A stretch of 64,000 nt of DNA from Epiperipatus broadwayi (Eukaryota > Animalia > Onychophora): positions 15,128,001 to 15,192,000 of the forward strand of contig JAQFVV010000010.1 of assembly GCA_028023455.1 (NCBI GenBank), written 5' to 3'. The position numbers and the translations under genes are program-made. Of this stretch, positions 1-13,144 are shown piece after piece (positions within the stretch are counted from its first letter, which is position 1; every line of letters begins with the position of its first letter). Under the pieces are notes generated by a model. That model saw nothing but the letters and a program-made list of their open reading frames with translations. It was not told where the DNA came from and searched no databases.

Positions 1-1930
1 AATAAGTAGATTAAAAAATAGGAATGAATGAATGATTTGGCAGCACAAAATTAATAGAGTAAAGAATTAGTTTAAATGAACTCTCAAGAAAGTTAGATTA
101 AGTCATATATAAATGAGATTGTGTTTAAATCTGGGATGTAATGAACTCTAACGTTATTTGAAAATTTATTAAATCTGTTAATCCTGATATAAATCTGTGA
201 CAGCTTTCTATTAAGTACAGGGATGCTGAAAAGTTTATTAATATCATATGATTAATTGATCAAAATCAGAAAATGTTCTATTAAATTTTGCAGGAGCATT
301 AAAAATAAGAAATGAATTCTTCCATAAAAGTTAGAATATGCTCTGGAATATAATGGAGTTCACCCTTGTGTGAAAATTTGTTAATCTCTATGTATATTTG
401 GGACTTCTGGTGCAAGTGGACATTGCATATTAGCATAGCAACTAAGTAGATATATAGCAGTGCTGAAAAATTTATTATTAATGTTTGGTTGATTGGTCTA
501 AACTGGAAATTGGATATAACTTAAATGCATGAAAACAAAATTTAGCTCTAAATAAAAACTACTAGCAAAATTGTATTAAAGATCAGGTAAGCAATAATAA
601 TTTACTCAAGATAAATATATATTTAATTTATAAAGTAGATAAATTATACAATATATTTTTCAATAAAATTTATTTACAATTACCAAGATTTTCTATGGAC
701 TTCCCTTTTCTGTACCTATAAAACAAAACAAAAGATTTATATTTAAAATCAAATTTAAAAATAATATACTGTACTTATTTTAACATAGGATATTCATCAA
801 CAATTACTCATCTAACTAAAGAAAAAAATTCCTAGGATCATTTCAGATCTTTTTGTCAAACAAGCTAAGCTTTCTTTTACCTTCAAAGTTTGATATTTTT
901 TTTTCTTCCATGTTTTCTTTGTTAAACCAATTACAAATGTCTAAAAATCTCTCCTATCTAATTTTTATTTTCCCTCAAAAAAAAATCCATGCAATCATTT
1001 GTAATTTTACGCTATTCAATTTTTCCATTTTAAATTGCCTCATTTCATGTTTTTGTTGTTCCTTTTTTTTTTAAAAAAAAAAAGAACATTTAAGATGTCA
1101 AACACAAAGATAAAAAAATATACAGAAATAAGAATTATACATATATGTCTACTTTTTGAGAATGACTTCTTACTTTTTCTGATACAGATTTAAGTAGATT
1201 ATTGCGGGGCAAAATCTCTTCAAACCTTCTTAAAAAATGAAGCGATAAGTCATTGCTCATCAGGCTTATTAACTGCCGAATGATGAGAATTGAAGCAATT
1301 TTCTATCCTTGGTTTATTCTCTAAATAAGAATGGTTACATACTGTAATTAATGATATTGGATAATTAGTGGGTCTGTTTGTGATCTGGTTACTTGAAAGA
1401 AAAAATTTAAATTTTATTCAGCCCAAAATGGAATCCATATTGTAGATAGATATGCAATCATTATTCCAGAAAGCCTTTCATTCTGATATAAACTGCACTT
1501 ATATGTTTATATAAGACTTTAGTTTACTATTTATTAAGGATTAATTTTTTCCAAGCATAACTAACATATAATAATATTAATCCTACTATCTATGTTAAAA
1601 AAATATAATATATTAAGACTGCTTTATCTTGTAATAAGATGATGCAGAGTTATCACCTTCACTCCCACTGCTCTGGGTAACTTAGTGCAATAGTAGATGG
1701 GTACGATCTGGAGGTCAAAGTCCAAGGATCATGATGCTAGCTATCATTTCCAACGCTTGAACTTCCATGAAACTCCTAAGCAATAAATTATGTGAATATT
1801 ATTATTCATTCCCACTATTAAAGCTCGAGTAAGTAATTCAAATCTTAAGTTTATATTATTTACATTTTGTCTTACAATTGGTCTACATATAAGAGTTTAA
1901 CAAAAGTTAATTATATCCTCTTGTCAATGT

Positions 1931-2095
1931 TATATAATGAGCTTGACAATAACTCTTAATAAGCTTTTCAGAATATCCCTATCCCCAGAGTGGTTTTATT
2001 CCGAAAAACTTGTTAAGAACTATTGACTCACTCATTATATAATAGTTGCAATACAAGTTTATTAAATTAAGTCATGTGATATATAACTTGACTTC
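1931..2095. repeat. Family B old palindromic copy, core deleted
   Basis: tatataatgagcttgacaataactcttaataagcttttcagaatatccc and an inverted partner at 1999-2041; tail taagtcatgtga as at 33750. Confidence 0.65.
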
Positions 2096-3224
2096 CTTTC
2101 AATCCTCTTATCAAGTAGTAATTCCTTTCATTATAATATCTATGCACTGGTTTTGTAGATATTGTGATATGACAATGTTACCTGTCATTTCTTTTAATAG
2201 ATAATCAAATGTACATACCAATTTAATTCAAATTATTAAAAATTTATTATTGCTGATGACGTTGATTCAATCCCAAAACCTTAGTGACTATATTCTGTTC
2301 CTTCTGTTATACCATTTCTGGAGGGCAACAGTAAAAAAAATTGAGCTAAAATGTATTTAATTCATGAAAAAGTCTTCATACGCTTCTAAATCAATGTTCC
2401 ATAAATAGAATGTACTGATTCAATAAGAGACTTTAACCCTTTACCATTTAACATGCAAAGACATTACATGCTAACAATTTAATTGAAATACCTATGTTAT
2501 AATAACAGAGACCCACCATATTATTCTTTGAAAAATACACAGTAGCTCATTAAGGTAGTAATCTTACCTATATATAACAGATGCCCATGGTTGATCATGT
2601 CCTATTCCATAAGCCACATGAAGTACTAACTAAATTAATTCTTTACCTGTTTCCATAATAGGCTGACTACCCTGCCCGTTGGTGCAGCAATGCTGTTATT
2701 TTAAAATAACATACAACTAATGAAAAACATTAGTTCTTATAGTGTACTTCTTAGACTTGACTATATCCAAAACAGGCACATTGTCTGATCATAAAAGATA
2801 AAATAGTTAAAGCCAAACTGGATAATTTCTTTGTTAGACACATGTTGTGTCAAATATAAAGTATGTTTCTGTGTGGTCCAAAAAATCATAAGCAGTAATG
2901 ATTTGATGTTTTTTTTCGTCAAAAAATCTTGCTCATATTGAAGCAATTTTAGTATATTTATTACTTTTTTAAAACGGTAGTAATTGGTTTGGTGTACTGT
3001 GGCCGCTAGGCGACGCAGTACTATCAAGAACCCCCAACCAACTACTACCTTTAAAACTAATTTTAGATTCTCAAAAACCATTGGCTATTTAATAAAAAAA
3101 ATGACAATCTTTGTCTCACATGATTATTTTGCTCTATAAAATCTCAAGTTTGAAATTCATCAATTATATAATTATGGAATTTAATAAATGTCATACTTAA
3201 AGCAGTCAAAATACAACTAACCTA

Positions 3225-3895
3225 CAAGGAGGTACCCAAAAAAAAAACCTCGGAATTATGTAATACGAAACGGTGTATTTATTTTTAGGTATTACAGATT
3301 GAATCTCCTTCAAAAAACTGTTCACTTAATACAATGCACCAATCTAAACATGTTTCTACTTCTTGAAGCAGTCCTGCAACTCTTACAAGGTGATGCTTCA
3401 TCATTTTTTTTCTTCATTTCTTCCACAACTGTAGACTTTTTTCATTCAGGGAAATAAAAAGAAGTCACACGGAGTGAGATCGGACAAACATGGTGAGTGG
3501 AAAACTGGGTCAAGATGTTTTTGGTTAAAAATTGTTTTACACTCAAGGCTTTGTGCACTGCCTTGTTATAATGGTGAAGACACAACTTCCCATGAGGTTT
3601 TGTTCTCGCCATATCATGCAAACGTTTCAGAACTTGTAGGTAAAATGTCTGATTGTTACAAATGGATTCTGAATGAACAATGTTGTTTGCTTAAAAAAAA
3701 AATCTGCAGTCTTGACATAGATAGGACTTCATTTGCCACACTTTTTTAGGAATATGATGATTTTGAACTCTTCCATTAATATTTATACACTTGTGTTTTC
3801 CCAAAGCAACTTGTTTGTAAGCTGTTTCAAGCATTAACTTTTCAGCCATCTCAAAAATCAATGGAGAAATAAGATGTACTTACAAAAAAATTTGC
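3225..3895 (-). mobile_element. Internally deleted mariner transposon remnant
   Basis: TA-CAAGGAGGTACCCAAAAA terminus at 3223. Minus strand reads HSPCLSDLTPCDFFLFP*MKKV (mariner YSPDLAPCDF motif, about 3430-3500) and MLETAYKQVALGKTQVY (N-terminal HTH region, about 3790-3840). Confidence 0.8.
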
Positions 3896-3959
3896 ATGAT
3901 ACCACAACTTCATTCAATGATGCTGGTTGGTAGACTGGTGCAATGCGATGAACTATGGC

Positions 3960-4930
3960 TTCTCCTTTCAGGAATCTCTCGGTCACTATGCTCAGAGAAA
4001 CCTGTTAGCCACGTTGCCTTTCCATTCCCTGCCCTAAGTTTTTTCCCAACTTCTTCTCTATCCTGCTCATCCCATTTCCACAACATTACCTTTGTCTATT
4101 GTATGGATTTTATATCTACGTCCGCCTTATCCTTTTTCCAAATCCAGCATAAATACCAATTCTGTATAATCACTTTGTTTATATTTATTCTCCCACAATT
4201 CATTATTTGTACTCTTTCTGCTTGTAAACATTTACATTCAATTAACAGATGCCTAATATTTTCTATGCTTTCTTTATATAACTTGCAGACTAAATCACTC
4301 ACATTTATGCATATATTCCCTTGTTGCTAACGATCTTGTTCGAGCCTTAAACATTAAATTACTTTCCCTGCTATTATCATAAATTAACTCTCACCCAATA
4401 TTCTGTTTACTTCTCTATATATTTAAACTCTTTTTACTCTCCATACTAGTTCTTCAACTCCCTATTTTTTATTAATGCATCTATTCTTCTATCCCATTCC
4501 TTGCCACTATAACATTCAACAATTCTCAATCATCCCACCTTTTGTATAAGTATACTGACATAAAGTTTTTATACAAATCTTTTGCATACAGTATTACCTT
4601 TCTCACCCATATTGCTGCCTGTCCTTTACTCATAACCCAATTAAATACTATTTTGGCTATTTTCCTATTATCCATGAATTGCAATCTACTGAACATTTTC
4701 ATTTTGCTTTTTGCATCTCTCATAAAAACATTCCATTTCTCATTGAATTGCCTTCTTTGCTGTCCACACATCTGCATCTAATGCAATCAAAGTAATCTAA
4801 CACCCCTTTACTAACACATAATGCATCGTTATCATAAGTTAACCCTGCTCCTGCCACTACCTTCTATACAATTCTAGCTACATATTTATTATATGAAAAC
4901 TTAATTTCTTTATCAGTCCCTGAAAGAGGC
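3960..4930 (-). mobile_element. Non-LTR retrotransposon 3' fragment (RT C-terminus plus C-terminal zinc-finger-like motif)
   Basis: ORFs 4777-4526 (RLQFMDNRKIAKIVFNW) and 4302-4096 (CKLYKESIENIRHLLIECKCL). Its tail, ggaatctctc...cagagaaacctgttagccac, recurs twice at 13145-13305. Confidence 0.65.
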
Positions 4931-5329
4931 ATCTAGTGGCAGAAATGTGTACTACAATGGATCTGCCCACCAGAGAACAATTCTGTAGTTTTTTTGGGGT
5001 ATCTCCTCTTATTAAAATATATAAATCTCTCAGGAGCAACTAAAAAACTTATTGTTCTACTATTTGTACAAATATATTCCTCTACATACAAGAACATATC
5101 ATATATGTGCACAAAACTATAAATGTGTTTGTTGATATAAAAAATCTATAGCCCTTAATTACTAATAGGTTATCTATATATTACATGAGCAGATTTGGAA
5201 CAATGAAAATTCCTGCCCTACCCTTCTCATAATACAAAAGTCTTAACGGTTATGATTTTTATGAAGGTTTCAGAACAGTTCATATTGTTGATTGCATATC
5301 TAGAATTACTGTCTGACAGATGTCTCAAT

Positions 5330-7380
5330 TGATGGTTAAATATAACAAGTTGAACATTGATTTAAATACCACAAAAATCCATTTCAGCTACAAACAAATT
5401 GGAAAGATTACTGCATTTGGAAAACTTCTGTGCTTCATACCCGAGATGACTAAAATGATATATTGAATACAAAAACAAACTGATTTTAAAAATGAATATT
5501 TTTATTAATACATCCTAAAATAAGATTTTATATAGATATCAATTGATTCAAAAGTAGGTTATGAAACAATTGCATCTTTCAGGATACAACATTAACACTA
5601 TTAGGTTAAATGCTTTAAACATTAAGATACTATTATAAATTAAATGTTTTGAGTATAGCGATATATAAAGTTATTCACAAGTGCAATACCTTCATAATTT
5701 TGCTAATATGCATCATCATTTCTATTTCCGTAGACATTGATCCAAATTTCGTCATTCTCAACCATCTTACAGTAGAAAGCTAAGTTTTATTCACTGTGAA
5801 TATTCTGATCAAATTGTTATTTTAGACTATTATAGCTCTAATGTTTCTGGCAAGGAAGAGAGAAGCATAGTGATAAGTTTAAGCTTAGTATATGACAAAC
5901 ATCTGACAGTATTCTTTGAGTTTTTAAATTCTTTAATATGCTCAAATCCTTACGTAATGTCTTATAGAAATAATCATATTCATACTAGCTTATTTATATC
6001 ATTCAATTTCTCATTAATCCTATGTATTTCAGCTGTCAACATTTCTATTATTTTACAAATAATGACATTTGTAAATGAAAATAAGAAACCATTTAGAAAA
6101 ATTTAAATCTTAATTTAAAGATAAAAATTCTAGATGTGTTATCTATCTCTAGATCCATATTCATGTAATCTGGAATAAATAAATGTAAAGTTAATGGATA
6201 ATGATCAGAAAAAGGAAAAATATTTTAATAAGTCAAATAGAAATAACATATGCCATCTCACAACCAAATATAGAATAAATGACATGACTTCTGCAATTTT
6301 TGTTTGTCTTTACCAATAGTTCTATTTTTTGTTTTAAATAAAAGCTTTATTAGTTAAAAAAATTATTTTAAAAATATTTTTTTGAATTTTAGGTTAACAA
6401 AAAGAATGAATAAAATACCAATCAAAAGAAAGCATGTAACACAGCATATTATTCATAACTATGATTGTAATCTTAAAAATGACACGATAGATAAATTCAA
6501 TACAAAACCTGCCTTTTCCACTTAATTTTACCCTAATAACAAAAGTACGATTGTTTAACTTTTATATCAAAAATCAACAATCTCCTTTAAATTATTTCAG
6601 CTCCACGAGAAAGTTATTGATGCTTTTAACCAGAGAAGATGGCAAAGACTTATGAGAATGGTAGCATAATTGAAGTAGTTTTATTGGTATGATATAACTA
6701 CTGCTAACAGCACATTATAATATACATTGCACATCTCAACATCTAAATAAGACTTTTTGTTTAAAAAGCTATCTAGATATTTAAGATGATTTTCAGGTCA
6801 ATAAATATACAATCTAAAAGTTGCTGAAGATTTTTATTTTTTATCATTGGCTGATAAAGTACCTACATTTTTTTCTATATCAAATATTGAAATAAAATCT
6901 TCACTTCCATTTCATTATTAAAACCATTCTACAGAACATTTTTTGAATTGATAAGAATAGTATACTGTAAATCTAAAAGCCAAAAGATAAACTTCTTGGT
7001 TTTGCATTTATTCAGTCTAAATTAAAAAGACCATAATTGCTTCATCAATTGCCTAAAAACTACTGACATAAAAGTTGTAAGTTTTGCAAAAAAAATTTCA
7101 TATACTCAAACTTTCCCATCATCAGCAATAGCATTTCCTCTCACCCCGTTATACAGAAGCCGTATAACATGACTATTCTTCAATGGATAATCATTTAATT
7201 ATAAATAATGCACAAAGTTTTTTGATTGGCTAAGTCAAATGCCATGATTAATATACAAATAACACTACTTGCTCAACTTTTTTGTATTTTTCTGGCAATA
7301 GTTTCTTGATTCTTTAAAACTGCACAGTCTCTGATCTTTGATATACAGTCAACAGCATTGATATTCCATTAATGACAAAT
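5330..7380 (-). mobile_element. Highly decayed LINE ORF2 (APE endonuclease start, possibly L1/Tx1-like)
   Basis: WNINAVDCISKIRDCAVLKNQET near 7370-7300 resembles the APE WNxNG...QET motif. The downstream part is too degraded to confirm. Confidence 0.35.
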
Positions 7381-7600
7381 CTTTTGAAAAAAAAAAAAGA
7401 TGCTATTATTTTTAGATTTATATGTTACATTCAGGATAAAACACTAAACATCACATGATCACCATTTCTTATGCTTGCTCATAACTGTTATTAAAACGAG
7501 CAAAACTCTCCATACAGTAGTGCCACTCTGTGCAAGCCAGAGTAATCAATGGATACCAGAAGGCTCGTACATAAAATCACTATCTAGTGCCTACTCATCC

Positions 7601-7650
7601 AATATCCCCAGACTAGTTTCTAGCTTGTGGCTTTCGTCAGTGAGGAGATC
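7601..7650 (-). ncRNA. Type I hammerhead ribozyme motif (family A, left arm)
   Basis: Exact reverse complement of the core above; stem I UCCUCA/UGGGGA; predicted cleavage between 7611 and 7610. Confidence 0.6.
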
Positions 7651-7668
7651 TAGGTGCAATGCTCTCAG

Positions 7669-7727
7669 ATCCAAGGCTCTTCACTGACGAAAGCCACAAG
7701 CTAGAAACTAGTCTGGGGATATTGGAT
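7669..7727 (+). ncRNA. Type I hammerhead ribozyme motif (family A, right arm)
   Basis: Stem I AUCCAA-ggc-UCUUCA / UGGGGA-ua-UUGGAU; core CUGACGA 7684-7690; stem II AGC-cacaa-GCU closed by a non-canonical A.A; GAAA 7704-7707; palindromic stem III ACUAGU; GUC site 7711-7713. Confidence 0.65.
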
Positions 7728-7895
7728 GAGTAGGCACTAGATAGCAATTTTATGCCCAAGCCTTCTGGCATCCATTGATTACTCTGGCTTGCACTGAGTG
7801 GCACTATTGTATGGAGAGTTCTGCCTGTACATTCACGATAACAAAAAAAAAGATTTTATGCAATCAAAATCAACAAATGACTATCTTTTTTAGTA

Positions 7896-8966
7896 CACCT
7901 GGGTCTCGTTTTACGCGATAGATAGGTTCCTCAGAAAACACACACAAACAAAATTGCGCAAAAATAGACGTAACTTACATTGAAAAAGGGGGGATGCAGT
8001 CTGTGATTTTTCAAAATTCACGTAAAAGCAAAGCACCAACGTAAAATTACTTTAAAATTCACGCAAAAAAAAAAATAAGGAAATAAAATATGACTAATAA
8101 AAAATTTCAAATTTGAAAAAAATTGATACAAGACAAACTTTTTTTAACTATAATATTTAATTTTATTCAAAATAATATATTTTTATGCATAATTTACAGT
8201 ATAGTAATTTACATTTTTTTATACACGTTTTAATTATTATAGCTATTTGCCGAAAAACACGTTCGTTTGCAAACAACTAGCGCCAACTTCACACTCATGT
8301 TGTGTCAATGGTTTTCTTGTGACAACGTAATTAGTAATTAATCTTTGAGACGATGATTTTATTAATTGTTTATGAAACTAACAACTAAAAATTAAATTCT
8401 TATTTTTGTCTTTAATTTTCAATTCCGTTTAAAAATCAAATTTCACATCACATTATTTCAAGTCGCCGTAAGTAATTTTTAAATTGTTAATTACAATTAA
8501 AAATCAGATTTTAATTTTTAATTGTCAAATTTAATTGTGCCCACTGCTATTACTCACCTTTTAAAAATAAACTTGTGGACACTAAATGATTAATAATTGA
8601 TTATGTTCTTTTTTAAAAAGCAAAAACAGAATGTGATTTAAAATGCAAAATTAACACGCACAATGTTTGAACAAATTTACATTATAATCTTGTAAAATTT
8701 AATGTGTGTATATATAAAATGTGGAAATCATCATTTTAATTTCATTATTGCATAAAATCTTACTATTATAAAGCACTGAAAATATTGAAATTACTAAGTT
8801 GAAAGTCGAATTCCAATAATGTGCTATTACTTTCAATATAACGTAAGTGCGCGAAATTTATTATTTAAAGTAATAGCACAATATCAGAGTTCAACTTCCG
8901 GTGAAACACGAATCGCGTAACTTCAAAATCGTGTTAAATAAGTCCGCGTAAAAAGAGACCCAGGTG
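7896..8966. mobile_element. Non-autonomous Tc1/mariner-superfamily (pogo/Tigger-like) element
   Basis: TIRs CACCTGGGTCTCGTTTTACGCG / CGCGTAAAAAGAGACCCAGGTG with TA on both sides (7894-7895, 8967-8968); no ORF. Confidence 0.8.
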
Positions 8967-8999
8967 TACTTGCTAATCACTGAACTTCTGCAATTTAAT

Positions 9000-10080
9000 C
9001 CTTGACTGCTTTATTGATTACAAAGCTCCAAATTCATTTTATTACCCTGCATGATTTAGTACAGTTATACATGGAACTAAAGTCCTTGGATCGATTGTAG
9101 TTCCGGCATTTCTGATGTTCAAACTTCTTATAAAATCCCAAGCTATAAAGCCATTTGATTTTTTTTTACTATTAATTTTATCGTTCTGACAAGCATAGAA
9201 TGAGACATTTCCTTTTAATCCAATCATTAAGAATGCAGTTGGTGTTAAAATTCCATGCCTCAGTAATATAACAAACTAAAAAAATTGAAATTTGCAATTT
9301 TAATGTTTAACAGCAGTTGAAATTCAGCAAAGACAGTATTTGGTCTAAAAAACAAACATCAAATTTCTATCAATTTGTTTAGGATAAAATCTTTTTTTAA
9401 ATTATTAAATGTTCAAATGATATTTAACTTCTTTTATGTTTTTTTTTTTTTTTTTTGACATAATCTATAAAATGCCATTGATTTGAACACAGATTTATCG
9501 GAGTTCCTTTGTGGTAATTTTTTTATCTAAAGAAACTGTGTGATAATCAATCCAAATGTTATTCAAAAAAATCAATAATTAAAGACTATTCAAGTTCAGC
9601 AAACCAATGGCATTATTTCCACTAATTTAAGACCAACGTTTATTGTATTCGTACGAGAAAAAAAAAATTGTTACTTTAATGGCATAATGCAATACATTTT
9701 CTAACACAAAACAAAATCTTTCTCTTGCTGAATCTAATGTTGAAGCAGAGATAAAATGAATACAACTATCACTGCATACAACAAGTTTTAATGTCATTAG
9801 CATTTCATTGATACATATAGGAATTCCACAAATAGAAGATATCAAGTTATAAATAGAAGATACCAAATCAAACTTTAAAATAAATCCAACAGCATGCAAT
9901 TTCCTTTCACTTGATGATATGCACTTCCATAAATCACATAACTATCTACTAATTCTATTAAACTTTCTCCCTCTGGAAAATCAGTTTCATTAAGAGCAAT
10001 TATATTGATTTTAAACCTAAACAATTCTTAATGACTATTGCTACCCAATGTTTCTTTATTAATACCATTATCTACTACTT
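9000..10080 (-). mobile_element. Decayed RTE-type LINE endonuclease region
   Basis: INIIALNETDFPEGESL...HAVGFILK...INEMLMTLKL...IHFISASTLDS.RERF follows the RTE APE pattern (ALSETR, GVGF, RLMTLRL, ISAYAPT). Confidence 0.65.
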
Positions 10081-10641
10081 TATCACTGTTACTACTCATA
10101 TTATAACTATTTCTACTACTTAGATGAGCTATTCCCAAGCATGATAGCCTGGCCAGATTTTTCTAGATAAAACAATTTTATTACGAACTTTTCTAGACCT
10201 TTTCTAAATTGGGCTATCAAACACACAGTCATTTGTTAAGTGGAATTACACTTCCAAAACAATTCATTATTATTATAATGTCTTATGTAAGACCACAATT
10301 AAAGACTCTTATTCTTCTAAATCTGTTCTCTCATCAATGTCAAGGGTTTTAAATACCTTCTCATGTATACTTAAATTCAGAAAAAAACAAAAGATTGGAA
10401 TAGGAAATGTTATGCATATAATTAAAGTATGAAAATAGTTGCACAAACTACAATCCCATTGGCTTAATTAATGCAGAAAGATAACTTTAATGGCTTGAGC
10501 CTTATAATGTCCGAATCTGAACTAATATTAAATGACTAAAAATAGTAAGGCAAAATTAATAAGAAAATAATTTTAAAAAATATATGCTTACACTTATTCA
10601 CTTTACAATAGCAATTTATTGTGTTTTAATAAATGAATATT

Positions 10642-10785
10642 TTATATATACAGATGCATACCTTTTTTCAGTTGTTCATTTCGAAGAACTTTAGTCACAT
10701 CAATCTGCTGCTGTAAGATTTTTAAATTTTGAATCTGTCTTCTACGTTGTCTTTCCACATCAAGCAAAACTCCTTTATGAAGAAG
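10642..10785 (-). CDS. PET117: PET117 coding exon 2 (LLHKGVLLDVERQRRRQIQNLKILQQQIDVTKVLRNEQLKK, then GMHLYI* if unspliced)
   Basis: Acceptor ttctag| at 10787-10786, phase 0, in frame with exon 1. Matches PET117 GV..DIERQ...EN...L..QI..T..L. TAA at 10644-10642; an internal donor AAG|gtatgc at 10661 offers an alternative 3' end. Confidence 0.9.
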   Translation of the reverse strand, partial: LLHKGVLLDVERQRRRQIQNLKILQQQIDVTKVLRNEQLKKGMHLYI

Positions 10786-12149
10786 CTAGAATATATATAT
10801 AGACACACATTATTCAGTTAAAAAGAAGAAATATAATAACTGAAAGTTAGACCAAAATATTAAAAAATTGACATCTACTAACAATTCTACACAAGGAAGG
10901 TTCGTATCTTTTGTCAGATCTCAAATATCTTATGATAGTTGAATACAGTTATTCAATAGAAATAATCACTTGAAACTATGAAAGAGAAAACAATTTTAAA
11001 TTATTTCCATATACTAAGATTAAAATTTTTTATGATAGGCAATAAAAATTCATTCCCGATTGTCAGAACTTATCTACTTGGCAGAGTATATCAATAAATG
11101 CATATATTTCAATTGCTATAATAATCTAAAGACCAAATCTATGTCTGAATTTGTATTTCTTATATATAATTTTACTATTAAAATAGGAAACAATTTTCAT
11201 TTTTTTCTTCTTAACTTTCTTACTAAAACCATAATCTCTTTCACTACATACTTTCATAATATAATGCACACCTTATAATGTTTTTTTTTAAAAAATATAT
11301 TATTGTAGCTATATGTTGTATTATTTACATCATTTAGTTGAATTGCTAATAAATTATTTTATAGAAAAAATCAAACTTTATATTTTTCTAAATAAATATA
11401 TAGTAATAATATACAAGTTAGTATAGATCACATTTCAAGTAATATAATTCTCCTCTCTTCCTCAGGTGTTGTTGATCTGACCGGCGACAGCTAGCACAGG
11501 AATTAAAACAGTGATCTTTACTTCCATGACTACTGAATTTAAGGAGATGCTATTTCATTCAAAAACAATAGTCAGTAATTTTATATACTTATCTGATGTA
11601 GAATTAAGGGGGAAGAAATCATGTTTCCTCAGGTTATGAATAAATAACACTAAATGTTTAGTGAGAAGCTTTTGATGTTTATAAGCTAACCCTTGTCAAG
11701 ATAAAAATTCAGAGGAAATTCAATATAGCAGCCATACAAAAATATGGCATTAATAATTATTAAACCATCTATTATCCAAGACATTAATAATTATTAAACT
11801 AATAATCAGTTATCCAAACGTAGAGACAGAATCTCTTTTTTAATAACTTGGTCAATAATTAAACAGAAGTTAGTAACTGTAAATTTTGGGAAAAAGGATT
11901 AACCTTTGGCAATATGTCTTTTTATATCACATTATGTCAAAAATTGTCTTAAAAGAAACAACAAAATTACAATAGAAAATGACATACCAGCAACCCAAAT
12001 TAAACATTACCTATAGAGAGAGGAAACTATTAAATCTCTCAAAGTAGACAAATCTATAATTATTCTCTCTGCTAACAATAGTTGAACCTGACACTGATCA
12101 TGAAACCAAAATAAAAAAGCTTCTTATAGCAAGTCGGTAAAAAATAATG

Positions 12150-13030
12150 GCAAGAAATCCTATATCTATTACAAAAACAAAGAAGCCTTACTTGGAAAGC
12201 ATTGCATATTTATTTTACTGATTCTGAAAAAAAAAAAAAGAAGACATTTTTCAGCAAAATTCTACATCTTGATCATTTACCTAAAATCTATAAAGACTAA
12301 TTATTTGTTAGATTTTAGTCCTTTGGCATAAAAGGCACAGTCATTTGTTAGAGATTCTAGGCACATTGTGAACGTAATCAAGAACATGAACATAGAAAGA
12401 AGTGACATCTTAATAAGATATACACTAATAGAAAGTTTATTCACAAATGTACCCAGCAATGAAGAAGAAAACAATAAATGAAAATGATAACCTCAAACTA
12501 TAACATTCTTCCTATTGATAATTTAGCAATAACAACAACATACTTCAATCCAATACCAAATTCTTCCAACAAAATAAATTTACAGCTATGGATTCGCCAC
12601 TTTTACTTCTGATTAAGCAATTTTTATATGGAAGAGCCTAAACCCACAGCCATAAATATTGCTCCATCTCAATCAAAAACCTGTTTTCACTATATTGATA
12701 CATTCATTTTATGGCTACATGATGAGTGCTAATATACAAATCTTGAAATATTTCAGCAACATATATCTAATTAAATTCGCAATAGAATTAGAACAAAACA
12801 AAAAATGGCATTATTAGATGTTCTTGTGACAAATGGCAGAAGCAAAACTTTATAGAAAATCCCCTCACAGAGAAAAATACTTTGCATATTCATCCAATCA
12901 TAATAGAAATACAAAAAAATGGTTACAGTGTCACTATAAAACAGAACAAAAAAGTTTGTTCAGAAGGAACTTTAATGAAGAATAATAATCTATTAACTAT
13001 CATTAAGAAACCATAGACAACAAAAACATC
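12150..13030 (+). mobile_element. Decayed Penelope-like reverse transcriptase (in the PET117 intron)
   Basis: Fragments in PLE RT order: HLPKIYKD; FVRDSRHIVNVIKNM..ESLFTNVP; TTTYF...FFQQ..TAMDSPL; DTFILWLH; IKFAIELEQN...LLDVLV; LYRK.PH..KYFAYSSNH. Confidence 0.75.
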
Positions 13031-13144
13031 AAAAAAAAAAAAAACTAATTATAAGCACTCTTCCTTATATGTATCAAGGACAGCAGGCAAACTGAAGAAT
13101 CTCAATAATAATTTATATAATACTATTATAAATATTGATGTGAT

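Larger units (their letters stand above)
7445..7828. repeat. Family A palindromic HHR-bearing element (PLE pseudo-LTR-like)
   Basis: Inverted arms 7500-7643 and 7681-7824. Homologous copies at 38888-39157 and 14210-14278. Confidence 0.85.

Noticed and set aside
1240-1270. CUGAUGA on the minus strand near 1257
   Set aside because: No GAAA or stem III at the required spacing.
1174-2700. KAT14 or POLR3F exons downstream of PET117
   Set aside because: None of the candidate peptides resembles the recalled KAT14/ATAC2 or POLR3F sequences.
9627-9899. RNase H interpretation of LVVCSDS
   Set aside because: The surrounding sequence fits the RTE endonuclease much better.
11466-11570. Plus-strand exon-like segment with a strong pyrimidine acceptor inside the PET117 intron
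   Set aside because: Stops in all frames before an internal ATG, weak donor, and no partner exons; alternative minus-strand readings were phase-inconsistent.
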